A stretch of DNA of 64,000 nucleotides from NCBI RefSeq assembly GCF_009914755.1, contig NC_060940.1. One strand, given 5' to 3'. The stretch is from the human T2T-CHM13v2.0 reference genome, Homo sapiens. The number at the start of each line of letters is the position of its first letter. Position 1 is the first letter of the stretch. The notes below the pieces were generated by a model, which was not told the DNA's origin, did not search any database, and saw only the letters and a list, made by a program, of their open reading frames with translations. The translations under genes and the position numbers were made by a program. Positions 41,101-56,100 of the stretch are shown here, one piece after another.

Positions 41101-44100
41101 ATTACATTCCATGACGATTCCGATCGAGTCCATTTGATGATTCCATTAGACTCCATTCGACGATGATTCCATTCGATGTTATTCGATGATTCCATTCGAT
41201 CTCATTCGATGATGATTCCATTCAACTCCATTCGATGTTTCCATTCGAGTTCATTCTATTATTCCATTAGATTCCATTCGATGATGATTCCATTCGATTC
41301 CATTTGATGATTGCATTCTATTTCATTTGATGGTGATTCCATTCGAGTCCACTCGATGATTCCATTCGAGTCCATTTAATGAATCCATTGGTTTCAATTC
41401 TATGATGATTACATTGGATTCCATTCGTTGATGATTTCATTCGGTTCCATTCAATGATGATTCCATTCAATTCCTTTCAATGTTTCCATTCAATTGCATA
41501 CGATGATGCTTCCATTTGATTTGATTCGACAGTGAGCCATTCGATTCAATTCCATGATGAATCTATTTTATTCAATTGGTTGACATTTCCATTCGATTCC
41601 ATTCGATGATGATTCCCTTTGATTCCATTCAAAGATGATTCCATTCTAGCCCATTCAATCATTCCATTCGAATCTATTCAATGATGATTCCATTCATGTC
41701 GATTTGGTGATTCCATTTGACTTCATTTGATGATGATTCCTTTCAAGTTCATTAGATGATTCCATTCGATTCCATTTGATGATGATCCCATTCGAGTCCA
41801 TTCAGTGATTCCATTCGTTTCCATTCCATGATGATTCCATTCCATTCCATTCAATGATTCCATTCGATTCCGTTTGATGATGATTTCATTCGAGTCCATT
41901 TGATGTTTCCATTCGTTTCCATTCCATGATGATTCCATTCCATTCCATTCAATGATTCCATTCGATTCCGTTTGGTGATGATTTCATTCGAGTCCATTTG
42001 ATGATTCCATTTGATTCCATTCGATGATGATTCCATTCGAGTCCATTCGATGATTCTATTCGAATCCACTTGATGATTTCTTTTGATTATAGTTGGTGAT
42101 GATTCCATTGGAGTCCATTCAATGATTCCATTCGATTCCAATCGATGGTGATTCCATTAGAGTCCATTTAATGATTCCATTTGATTCCAGTCTCTGATGA
42201 TTACATTCGAGTCCATACGATGATTCCACTCAATTCCATATGATGATGATTCCATTCGATTCCATTCGATGATTCCATTCTATTCTAATCGATGATGATT
42301 CCATTCGATTCCATTCGATGATGATTGGATTCGATTCCATTTGATGATTTCATTTGATTCCATTCGTTAATGATTTCGATCAACTCCATTCGATGATTCC
42401 ATTCGATTCCATTCGATAATGATTACATCCGAGTCCATTCGATGATTCCATTTGAGCCCGTTCGATAATTCCATTTGAGTCCAATCAATGATTCCATTCA
42501 TTTCCATTCAATGATTCCATTCGAGTCCATTTGATCATTCTGGTAGGGTCCGTTCGATGTTGATTCCATTGGAGTGCATTCGATGATTCCATTCGAGTCC
42601 ATTTTATGATTTGATTCGAGTCCTTTCGATGATTCCATTCGATTCCACTCGATGATGATTTCATTCGAGTCCATTCGACACTTCCAATCGATTCCATTTG
42701 ATGTTTCCATTCGAGTCCAATTGATGATTCCATTCAATTCCATTCGATGATGATTCCGTACGATTCCATTCTGTGATGATTCCATGTGATTGCATTCAAT
42801 GATGATTCCTTTCGATTGCATTCGATTGTGATTCATTTCGTGTTCATTCTATGGTTCCACAGGTTTCCATTCGTGTCCATTCCATTATTCCATTCTATTC
42901 CATTTCATGATGATTCCATTCGATTCCATTCATTGGTGATTCCACTCAATTCCATTCAATGATTCCATTCCATTTCTTTCAACAATGATTCCATTAGTTT
43001 CTAATCGATGATCCACTTGATTCCATTTGATGACGATTCCATTCTTGCCATTCGATGATTCCATTTGATTCCATATGATGATGATTCCATTCGATTCCAT
43101 ACGATGATGATTCCATTCGAGTCCATTCAATGGTGATTCCATTCCATTCCATTCCATGATTCCTTTTGATTCCATTCGATGATGATGGCATTCGATTCCT
43201 TTCAATCATTCCCTTTGATTCCATTCAAAGGTGATTTCATTCAAGTCCATTCGATAATTGCATTCGATTCCATTCTATGATGATTCCATTCGAGTCCATT
43301 TGATGATTCCATTCAATTCAAGTCAATGATGATTCCATTCGATTCCATTCGATGATTCCATTGGATTCCATTCGATGATGATTCCATTCAAATCCATTCG
43401 ATAATTCAATTCAAGTCCATTCGATGATGATTCCAATCGAATCCATTCAAAGATTCCATTCAGTTCCATTCGATGATAACCTTAGATTCCATTCGATGAT
43501 TCCACTTGTTTCCATTTACGATGATTCCATTCGATTCCATGTGATGATTCCATTCAATTCTATTCAATGATGTCTCCATTTGATTCCATTCGACCATGAT
43601 TGCCTTTGCTTCCATTCAATGTTTCCATTCGGTTCCTTTTGATGATAATTCCGTTCGATTCCATTTGATGATTCCATTTGATTCCATTGGATGAGTCCAT
43701 TCGATTACATTCGATGATTATTCCATTCGAGTGCATTAGATGATTCCATTCGAGTCCATTCGATGATTCCATTCGATTCCATTCGATGTTGATTCTGTTC
43801 AAATCCATTCGATGATTCCACTCGATTCCATTCGATGACTCCATTTGATCCCATTCGATGATTTCCTGTGATTCCCTTTGATGATCATTCCATTTGATTC
43901 AATTCGGTGATTTCATTTGATTCCATTCAGTGATGTTTCCATTCCACTCCATTCGATGATGATTCCATTCGACTCCATTCGATTATGATTTCATTCAATT
44001 CCATTCGATAATGATTCCCTTCAAGTCCATTCGATGATTCCATTCGATTCCATTCAACGATGATTTGATTCGTGTCCATTCGATGATTCCATTTGATTCC

Positions 44101-47100
44101 ACTTGATGATGATTCCATTCGAGTCCATTTGATGATTCCATTCAATTCCATTCTCCGATGATTTCTTTTGAGCCCACTCAATGCTTCCACTCGATTCCAT
44201 ATGATGATGACTCCATTCGATTAAATTCGATGATGATTCCGTTCGCTTGCGTTCGATGATGATTCCACTTGAGTCCGTTAGAAGATTCTATTCAATTACA
44301 TTCCATGACGATTCCGATCGAGTCCATTTGATGATTCCATTAGACTCCATTCGACGATGATTCCATTCGATGTTATTCGATGATTCCATTCGATCTCATT
44401 CGATGATGATTCCATTCAACTCCATTCGATGTTTCCATTCGAGTTCATTCTATTATTCCATTAGATTCCATTCGATGATGATTCCATTCGATTCCATTTG
44501 ATGATTGCATTCTATTTCATTTGATGGTGATTCCATTCGAGTCCACTCGATGATTCCATTCGAGTCCATTTAATGAATCCATTGGTTTCAATTCTATGAT
44601 GATTACATTGGATTCCATTCGTTGATGATTTCATTCGGTTCCATTCAATGATGATTCCATTCAATTCCTTTCAATGTTTCCATTCAATTGCATACGATGA
44701 TGCTTCCATTTGATTTGATTCGACAGTGAGCCATTCGATTCAATTCCATGATGAATCTATTTTATTCAATTGGTTGACATTTCCATTCGATTCCATTCGA
44801 TGATGATTCCCTTTGATTCCATTCAAAGATGATTCCATTCTAGCCCATTCAATCATTCCATTCGATTCTATTCAATGATGATTCCATTCATGTCGATTTG
44901 GTGATTCCATTTGACTTCATGTGATGATGATTCCTTTCAAGTTCATTAGATGATTCCATTCGATTCCATTTGATGATGATCCCATTCGAGTCCATTCAGT
45001 GATTCCATTCGTTTCCATTCCATGATGATTCCATTCCATTCCATTCAATGATTCCATTCGATTCCGTTTGATGATGATTTCATTCGAGTCCATTTGATGT
45101 TTCCATTCGTTTCCATTCCATGATGATTCCATTCCATTCCATTCAATGATTCCATTCGATTCCGTTTGGTGATGATTTCATTCGAGTCCATTTGATGATT
45201 CCATTTGATTCCATTCGATGATGATTCCATTCGAGTCCATTCGATGATTCTATTCGAATCCACTTGATGATTTCTTTTGATTATAGTTGGTGATGATTCC
45301 ATTGGAGTCCATTCAATGATTCCATTCGATTCCAATCGATGGTGATTCCATTAGAGTCCATTTAATGATTCCATTTGATTCCAGTCTCTGATGATTACAT
45401 TCGAGTCCATACGATGATTCCACTCAATTCCATATGATGATGATTCCATTCGATTCCATTCGATGATTCCATTCTATTCTAATCGATGATGATTCCATTC
45501 GATTCCATTCGATGATGATTGGATTCGATTCCATTTGATGATTTCATTTGATTCCATTCGTTAATGATTTCGATCAACTCCATTCGATGATTCCATTCGA
45601 TTCCATTCGATAATGATTACATCCGAGTCCATTCGATGATTCCATTTGAGCCCGTTCGATAATTCCATTTGAGTCCAATCAATGATTCCATTCATTTCCA
45701 TTCAATGATTCCATTCGAGTCCATTTGATCATTCTGGTAGGGTCCGTTCGATGTTGATTCCATTGGAGTGCATTCGATGATTCCATTCGAGTCCATTTTA
45801 TGATTTGATTCGAGTCCTTTCGATGATTCCATTCGATTCCACTCGATGATGATTTCATTCGAGTCCATTCGACACTTCCAATCGATTCCATTTGATGTTT
45901 CCATTCGAGTCCAATTGATGATTCCATTCAATTCCATTCGATGATGATTCCGTACGATTCCATTCTGTGATGATTCCATGTGATTGCATTCAATGATGAT
46001 TCCTTTCGATTGCATTCGATTGTGATTCATTTCGTGTTCATTCTATGGTTCCACAGGTTTCCATTCGTGTCCATTCCATTATTCCATTCTATTCCATTTC
46101 ATGATGATTCCATTCGATTCCATTCATTGGTGATTCCACTCAATTCCATTCAATGATTCCATTCCATTTCTTTCAACAATGATTCCATTAGGTTCTAATC
46201 GATGATCCACTTGATTCCATTTGATGACGATTCCATTCTTGCCATTCGATGATTCCATTTGATTCCATATGATGATGATTCCATTCGATTCCATACGATG
46301 ATGATTCCATTCGAGTCCATTCAATGGTGATTCCATTCCATTCCATTCCATGATTCCTTTTGATTCCATTCGATGATGATGGCATTCGATTCCTTTCAAT
46401 CATTCCCTTTGATTCCATTCAAAGGTGATTTCATTCAAGTCCATTCGATAATTGCATTCGATTCCATTCTATGATGATTCCATTCGAGTCCATTTGATGA
46501 TTCCATTCAATTCAAGTCAATGATGATTCCATTCGATTCCATTCGATGATTCCATTGGATTCCATTCGATGATGATTCCATTCAAATCCATTCGATAATT
46601 CAATTCAAGTCCATTCGATGATGATTCCAATCGAATCCATTCAAAGATTCCATTCAGTTCCATTCGATGATAACCTTAGATTCCATTCGATGATTCCACT
46701 TGTTTCCATTTACGATGATTCCATTCGATTCCATGTGATGATTCCATTCAATTCTATTCAATGATGTCTCCATTTGATTCCATTCGACCATGATTGCCTT
46801 TGCTTCCATTCAATGTTTCCATTCGGTTCCTTTTGATGATAATTCCGTTCGATTCCATTTGATGATTCCATTTGATTCCATTGGATGAGTCCATTCGATT
46901 ACATTCGATGATTATTCCATTCGAGTGCATTAGATGATTCCATTCGAGTCCATTCGATGATTCCATTCGATTCCATTCGATGTTGATTCTGTTCAAATCC
47001 ATTCGATGATTCCACTCGATTCCATTCGATGACTCCATTTGATCCCATTCGATGATTTCCTGTGATTCCCTTTGATGATCATTCCATTTGATTCAATTCG

Positions 47101-50100
47101 GTGATTTCATTTGATTCCATTCAGTGATGTTTCCATTCCACTCCATTCGATGATGATTCCATTCGACTCCATTCGATTATGATTTCATTCAATTCCATTC
47201 GATAATGATTCCCTTCAAGTCCATTCGATGATTCCATTCGATTCCATTCAACGATGATTTGATTCGTGTCCATTCGATGATTCCATTTGATTCCACTTGA
47301 TGATGATTCCATTCGAGTCCATTTGATGATTCCATTCAATTCCATTCTCCGATGATTTCTTTTGAGCCCATTCAATGCTTCCACTCGATTCCATATGATG
47401 ATGACTCCGTTCGATTAAATTCGATGATGATTCCGTTCGCTTGCGTTCGATGATGATTCCACTTGAGTCCGTTAGAAGATTCTATTCAATTACATTCCAT
47501 GACGATTCCGATCGAGTCCATTTGATGATTCCATTAGACTCCATTCGACGATGATTCCATTCGATGTTATTCGATGATTCCATTCGATCTCATTCGATGA
47601 TGATTCCATTCAACTCCATTCGATGTTTCCATTCGAGTTCATTCTATTATTCCATTAGATTCCATTCGATGATGATTCCATTCGATTCCATTTGATGATT
47701 GCATTCTATTTCATTTGATGATGATTCCATTCGAGTCCACTCGATGATTCCATTCGAGTCCATTTAATGAATCCATTGGTTTCAATTCTATGATGATTAC
47801 ATTGGATTCCATTCGTTGATGATTTCATTCGGTTCCATTCAATGATGATTCCATTCAATTCCTTTCAATGTTTCCATTCAATTGCATACGATGATGCTTC
47901 CATTTGATTTGATTCGACAGTGAGCCATTCGATTCAATTCCATGATGAATCTATTTTATTCAATTGGTTGACATTTCCATTCGATTCCATTCGATGATGA
48001 TTCCCTTTGATTCCATTCAAAGATGATTCCATTCTAGCCCATTCAATCATTCCATTCGAATCTATTCAATGATGATTCCATTCATGTCGATTTGGTGATT
48101 CCATTTGACTTCATTTGATGATGATTCCTTTCAAGTTCATTAGATGATTCCATTCGATTCCATTTGATGATGATCCCATTCGAGTCCATTCAGTGATTCC
48201 ATTCGTTTCCATTCCATGATGATTCCATTCCATTCCATTCAATGATTCCATTCGATTCCGTTTGATGATGATTTCATTCGAGTCCATTTGATGTTTCCAT
48301 TCGTTTCCATTCCATGATGATTCCATTCCATTCCATTCAATGATTCCATTCGATTCCGTTTGGTGATGATTTCATTCGAGTCCATTTGATGATTCCATTT
48401 GATTCCATTCGATGATGATTCCATTCGAGTCCATTCGATGATTCTATTCGAATCCACTTGATGATTTCTTTTGATTATAGTTGGTGATGATTCCATTGGA
48501 GTCCATTCAATGATTCCATTCGATTCCAATCGATGGTGATTCCATTAGAGTCCATTTAATGATTCCATTTGATTCCAGTCTCTGATGATTCCATTCGAGT
48601 CCATACGATGATTCCACTCAATTCCATATGATGATGATTCCATTCGATTCCATTCGATGATTCCATTCTATTCTAATCGATGATGATTCCATTCGATTCC
48701 ATTCGATGATGATTGGATTCGATTCCATTTGATGATTTCATTTGATTCCATTCGTTAATGATTTCGATCAACTCCATTCGATGATTCCATTCGATTCCAT
48801 TCGATAATGATTACATCCGAGTCCATTCGATGATTCCATTTGAGCCCGTTCGATAATTCCATTTGAGTCCAATCAATGATTCCATTCATTTCCATTCAAT
48901 GATTCCATTCGAGTCCATTTGATCATTCTGGTAGGGTCCGTTCGATGTTGATTCCATTGGAGTGCATTCGATGATTCCATTCGAGTCCATTTTATGATTT
49001 GATTCGAGTCCTTTCGATGATTCCATTCGATTCCACTCGATGATGATTTCATTCGAGTCCATTCGACACTTCCAATCGATTCCATTTGATGTTTCCATTC
49101 GAGTCCAATTGATGATTCCATTCAATTCCATTCGATGATGATTCCGTACGATTCCATTCTGTGATGATTCCATGTGATTGCATTCAATGATGATTCCTTT
49201 CGATTGCATTCGATTGTGATTCATTTCGTGTTCATTCTATGGTTCCACAGGTTTCCATTCGTGTCCATTCCATTATTCCATTCTATTCCATTTCATGATG
49301 ATTCCATTCGATTCCATTCATTGGTGATTCCACTCAATTCCATTCAATGATTCCATTCCATTTTTTCAACAATGATTCCATTAGGTTCTAATCGATGATC
49401 CACTTGATTCCATTTGATGACGATTCCATTCTTGCCATTCGATGATTCCATTTGATTCCATATGATGATGATTCCATTCGATTCCATACGATGATGATTC
49501 CATTCGAGTCCATTCAATGGTGATTCCATTCCATTCCATTCCATGATTCCTTTTGATTCCATTCGATGATGATGGCATTCGATTCCTTTCAATCATTCCC
49601 TTTGATTCCATTCAAAGGTGATTTCATTCAAGTCCATTCGATAATTGCATTCGATTCCATTCTATGATGATTCCATTCGAGTCCATTTGATGATTCCATT
49701 CAATTCAAGTCAATGATGATTCCATTCGATTCCATTCGATGATTCCATTGGATTCCATTCGATGATGATTCCATTCAAATCCATTCGATAATTCAATTCA
49801 AGTCCATTCGATGATGATTCCAATCGAATCCATTCAAAGATTCCATTCAGTTCCATTCGATGATAACCTTAGATTCCATTCGATGATTCCACTTGTTTCC
49901 ATTTACGATGATTCCATTCGATTCCATGTGATGATTCCATTCAATTCTATTCAATGATGTCTCCATTTGATTCCATTCGACCATGATTGCCTTTGCTTCC
50001 ATTCAATGTTTCCATTCGGTTCCTTTTGATGATAATTCCGTTCGATTCCATTTGATGATTCCATTTGATTCCATTGGATGAGTCCATTCGATTACATTCG

Positions 50101-53100
50101 ATGATTATTCCATTCGAGTGCATTAGATGATTCCATTCGAGTCCATTCGATGATTCCATTCGATTCCATTCGATGTTGATTCTGTTCAAATCCATTCGAT
50201 GATTCCACTCGATTCCATTCGATGACTCCATTTGATCCCATTCGATGATTTCCTGTGATTCCCTTTGATGATCATTCCATTTGATTCAATTCGGTGATTT
50301 CATTTGATTCCATTCAGTGATGTTTCCATTCCACTCCATTCGATGATGATTCCATTCGACTCCATTCGATTATGATTTCATTCAATTCCATTCGATAATG
50401 ATTCCCTTCAAGTCCATTCGATGATTCCATTCGATTCCATTCAACGATGATTTGATTCGTGTCCATTCGATGATTCCATTTGATTCCACTTGATGATGAT
50501 TCCATTCGAGTCCATTTGATGATTCCATTCAATTCCATTCTCCGATGATTTCTTTTGAGCCCATTCAATGCTTCCACTCGATTCCATATGATGATGACTC
50601 CATTCGATTAAATTCGATGATGATTCCGTTCGCTTGCGTTCGATGATGATTCCACTTGAGTCCGTTAGAAGATTCTATTCAATTACATTCCATGACGATT
50701 CCGATCGAGTCCATTTGATGATTCCATTAGACTCCATTCGACGATGATTCCATTCGATGTTATTCGATGATTCCATTCGATCTCATTCGATGATGATTCC
50801 ATTCAACTCCATTCGATGTTTCCATTCGAGTTCATTCTATTATTCCATTAGATTCCATTCGATGATGATTCCATTCGATTCCATTTGATGATTGCATTCT
50901 ATTTCATTTGATGGTGATTCCATTCGAGTCCACTCGATGATTCCATTCGAGTCCATTTAATGAATCCATTGGTTTCAATTCTATGATGATTACATTGGAT
51001 TCCATTCGTTGATGATTTCATTCGGTTCCATTCAATGATGATTCCATTCAATTCCTTTCAATGTTTCCATTCAATTGCATACGATGATGCTTCCATTTGA
51101 TTTGATTCGACAGTGAGCCATTCGATTCAATTCCATGATGAATCTATTTTATTCAATTGGTTGACATTTCCATTCGATTCCATTCGATGATGATTCCCTT
51201 TGATTCCATTCAAAGATGATTCCATTCTAGCCCATTCAATCATTCCATTCGAATCTATTCAATGATGATTCCATTCATGTCGATTTGGTGATTCCATTTG
51301 ACTTCATTTGATGATGATTCCTTTCAAGTTCATTAGATGATTCCATTCGATTCCATTTGATGATGATCCCATTCGAGTCCATTCAGTGATTCCATTCGTT
51401 TCCATTCCATGATGATTCCATTCCATTCCATTCAAGGATTCCATTCGATTCCGTTTGATGATGATTTCATTCGAGTCCATTTGATGTTTCCATTCGTTTC
51501 CATTCCATGATGATTCCATTCCATTCCATTCAATGATTCCATTCGATTCCGTTTGGTGATGATTTCATTCGAGTCCATTTGATGATTCCATTTGATTCCA
51601 TTCGATGATGATTCCATTCGAGTCCATTCGATGATTCTATTCGAATCCACTTGATGATTTCTTTTGATTATAGTTGGTGATGATTCCATTGGAGTCCATT
51701 CAATGATTCCATTCGATTCCAATCGATGGTGATTCCATTAGAGTCCATTTAATGATTCCATTTGATTCCAGTCTCTGATGATTCCATTCGAGTCCATACG
51801 ATGATTCCACTCAATTCCATATGATGATGATTCCATTCGATTCCATTCGATGATTCCATTCTATTCTAATCGATGATGATTCCACTCGATTCCATTCGAT
51901 GATGATTGGATTCGATTCCATTTGATGATTTCATTTGATTCCATTCGTTAATGATTTCGATCAACTCCATTCGATGATTCCATTCGATTCCATTCCATAA
52001 TGATTACATCCGAGTCCATTCGATGATTCCATTTGAGCCCGTTCGATAATTCCATTTGAGTCCAATCAATGATTCCATTCATTTCCATTCAATGATTCCA
52101 TTCGAGTCCATTTGATCATTCTGGTAGGGTCCGTTCGATGTTGATTCCATTGGAGTGCATTCGATGATTCCATTCGAGTCCATTTTATGATTTGATTCGA
52201 GTCCTTTCGATGATTCCATTCGATTCCACTCGATGATGATTTCATTCGAGTCCATTCGACACTTCCAATCGATTCCATTTGATGTTTCCATTCGAGTCCA
52301 ATTGATGATTCCATTCAATTCCATTCGATGATGATTCCGTACGATTCCATACTGTGATGATTCCATGTGATTGCATTCAATGATGATTCCTTTCGATTGC
52401 ATTCGATTGTGATTCATTTCGTGTTCATTCTATGGTTCCACAGGTTTCCATTCGTGTCCATTCCATTATTCCATTCTATTCCATTTCATGATGATTCCAT
52501 TCGATTCCATTCATTGGTGATTCCACTCAATTCCATTCAATGATTCCATTCCATTTCTTTCAACAATGATTCCATTAGTTTCTAATCGATGATCCACTTG
52601 ATTCCATTTGATGACGATTCCATTCTTGCCATTCGATGATTCCATTTGATTCCATATGATGATGATTCCATTCGATTCCATACGATGATGATTCCATTCG
52701 AGTCCATTCAATGGTGATTCCATTCCATTCCATTCCATGATTCCTTTTGATTCCATTCGATGATGATGGCATTCGATTCCTTTCAATCATTCCCTTTGAT
52801 TCCATTCAAAGGTGATTTCATTCAAGTCCATTCGATAATTGCATTCGATTCCATTCTATGATGATTCCATTCGAGTCCATTTGATGATTCCATTCAATTC
52901 AAGTCAATGATGATTCCATTCGATTCCATTCGATGATTCCATTGGATTCCATTCGATGATGATTCCATTCAAATCCATTCGATAATTCAATTCAAGTCCA
53001 TTCGATGATGATTCCAATCGAATCCATTCAAAGATTCCATTCAGTTCCATTCGATGATAACCTTAGATTCCATTCGATGATTCCACTTGTTTCCATTTAC

Positions 53101-56100
53101 GATGATTCCATTCGATTCCATGTGATGATTCCATTCAATTCTATTCAATGATGTCTCCATTTGATTCCATTCGACCATGATTGCCTTTGCTTCCATTCAA
53201 TGTTTCCATTCGGTTCCTTTTGATGATAATTCCGTTCGATTCCATTTGATGATTCCATTTGATTCCATTGGATGAGTCCATTCGATTACATTCGATGATT
53301 ATTCCATTCGAGTGCATTAGATGATTCCATTCGAGTCCATTCGATGATTCCATTCGATTCCATTCGATGTTGATTCTGTTCAAATCCATTCGATGATTCC
53401 ACTCGATTCCATTCGATGACTCCATTTGATCCCATTCGATGATTTCCTGTGATTCCCTTTGATGATCATTCCATTTGATTCAATTCGGTGATTTCATTTG
53501 ATTCCATTCAGTGATGTTTCCATTCCACTCCATTCGATGATGATTCCATTCGACTCCATTCGATTATGATTTCATTCAATTCCATTCGATAATGATTCCC
53601 TTCAAGTCCATTCGATGATTCCATTCGATTCCATTCAACGATGATTTGATTCGTGTCCATTCGATGATTCCATTTGATTCCACTTGATGATGATTCCACT
53701 CGAGTCCATTTGATGATTCCATTCAATTCCATTCTCCGATGATTTCTTTTGAGCCCATTCAATGCTTCCACTCGATTCCATATGATGATGACTCCATTCG
53801 ATTAAATTCGATGATGATTCCGTTCGCTTGCGTTCGATGATGATTCCACTTGAGTCCGTTAGAAGATTCTATTCAATTACATTCCATGACGATTCCGATC
53901 GAGTCCATTTGATGATTCCATTAGACTCCATTCGACGATGATTCCATTCGATGTTATTCGATGATTCCATTCGATCTCATTCGATGATGATTCCATTCAA
54001 CTCCATTCGATGTTTCCATTCGAGTTCATTCTATTATTCCATTAGATTCCATTCGATGATGATTCCATTCGATTCCATTTGATGATTGCATTCTATTTCA
54101 TTTGATGGTGATTCCATTCGAGTCCACTCGATGATTCCATTCGAGTCCATTTAATGAATCCATTGGTTTCAATTCTATGATGATTACATTGGATTCCATT
54201 CGTTGATGATTTCATTCGGTTCCATTCAATGATGATTCCATTCAATTCCTTTCAATGTTTCCATTCAATTGCATACGATGATGCTTCCATTTGATTTGAT
54301 TCGACAGTGAGCCATTCGATTCAATTCCATGATGAATCTATTTTATTCAATTGGTTGACATTTCCATTCGATTCCATTCGATGATGATTCCCTTTGATTC
54401 CATTCAAAGATGATTCCATTCTAGCCCATTCAATCATTCCATTCGAATCTATTCAATGATGATTCCATTCATGTCGATTTGGTGATTCCATTTGACTTCA
54501 TTTGATGATGATTCCTTTCAAGTTCATTAGATGATTCCATTCGATTCCATTTGATGATGATCCCATTCGAGTCCATTCAGTGATTCCATTCGTTTCCATT
54601 CCATGATGATTCCATTCCATTCCATTCAATGATTCCATTCGATTCCGTTTGATGATGATTTCATTCGAGTCCATTTGATGTTTCCATTCGTTTCCATTCC
54701 ATGATGATTCCATTCCATTCCATTCAATGATTCCATTCGATTCCGTTTGGTGATGATTTCATTCGAGTCCATTTGATGATTCCATTTGATTCCATTCGAT
54801 GATGATTCCATTCGAGTCCATTCGATGATTCTATTCGAATCCACTTGATGATTTCTTTTGATTATAGTTGGTGATGATTCCATTGGAGTCCATTCAATGA
54901 TTCCATTCGATTCCAATCGATGGTGATTCCATTAGAGTCCATTTAATGATTCCATTTGATTCCAGTCTCTGATGATTACATTCGAGTCCATACGATGATT
55001 CCACTCAATTCCATATGATGATGATTCCATTCGATTCCATTCGATGATTCCATTCTATTCTAATCGATGATGATTCCATTCGATTCCATTCGATGATGAT
55101 TGGATTCGATTCCATTTGATGATTTCATTTGATTCCATTCGTTAATGATTTCGATCAACTCCATTCGATGATTCCATTCGATTCCATTCGATAATGATTA
55201 CATCCGAGTCCATTCGATGATTCCATTTGAGCCCGTTCGATAATTCCATTTGAGTCCAATCAATGATTCCATTCATTTCCATTCAATGATTCCATTCGAG
55301 TCCATTTGATCATTCTGGTAGGGTCCGTTCGATGTTGATTCCATTGGAGTGCATTCGATGATTCCATTCGAGTCCATTTTATGATTTGATTCGAGTCCTT
55401 TCGATGATTCCATTCGATTCCACTCGATGATGATTTCATTCGAGTCCATTCGACACTTCCAATCGATTCCATTTGATGTTTCCATTCGAGTCCAATTGAT
55501 GATTCCATTCAATTCCATTCGATGATGATTCCGTACGATTCCATTCTGTGATGATTCCATGTGATTGCATTCAATGATGATTCCTTTCGATTGCATTCGA
55601 TTGTGATTCATTTCGTGTTCATTCTATGGTTCCACAGGTTTCCATTCGTGTCCATTCCATTATTCCATTCTATTCCATTTCATGATGATTCCATTCGATT
55701 CCATTCATTGGTGATTCCACTCAATTCCATTCAATGATTCCATTCCATTTCTTTCAACAATGATTCCATTAGTTTCTAATCGATGATCCACTTGATTCCA
55801 TTTGATGACGATTCCATTCTTGCCATTCGATGATTCCATTTGATTCCATATGATGATGATTCCATTCGATTCCATACGATGATGATTCCATTCGAGTCCA
55901 TTCAATGGTGATTCCATTCCATTCCATTCCATGATTCCTTTTGATTCCATTCGATGATGATGGCATTCGATTCCTTTCAATCATTCCCTTTGATTCCATT
56001 CAAAGGTGATTTCATTCAAGTCCATTCGATAATTGCATTCGATTCCATTCTATGATGATTCCATTCGAGTCCATTTGATGATTCCATTCAATTCAAGTCA

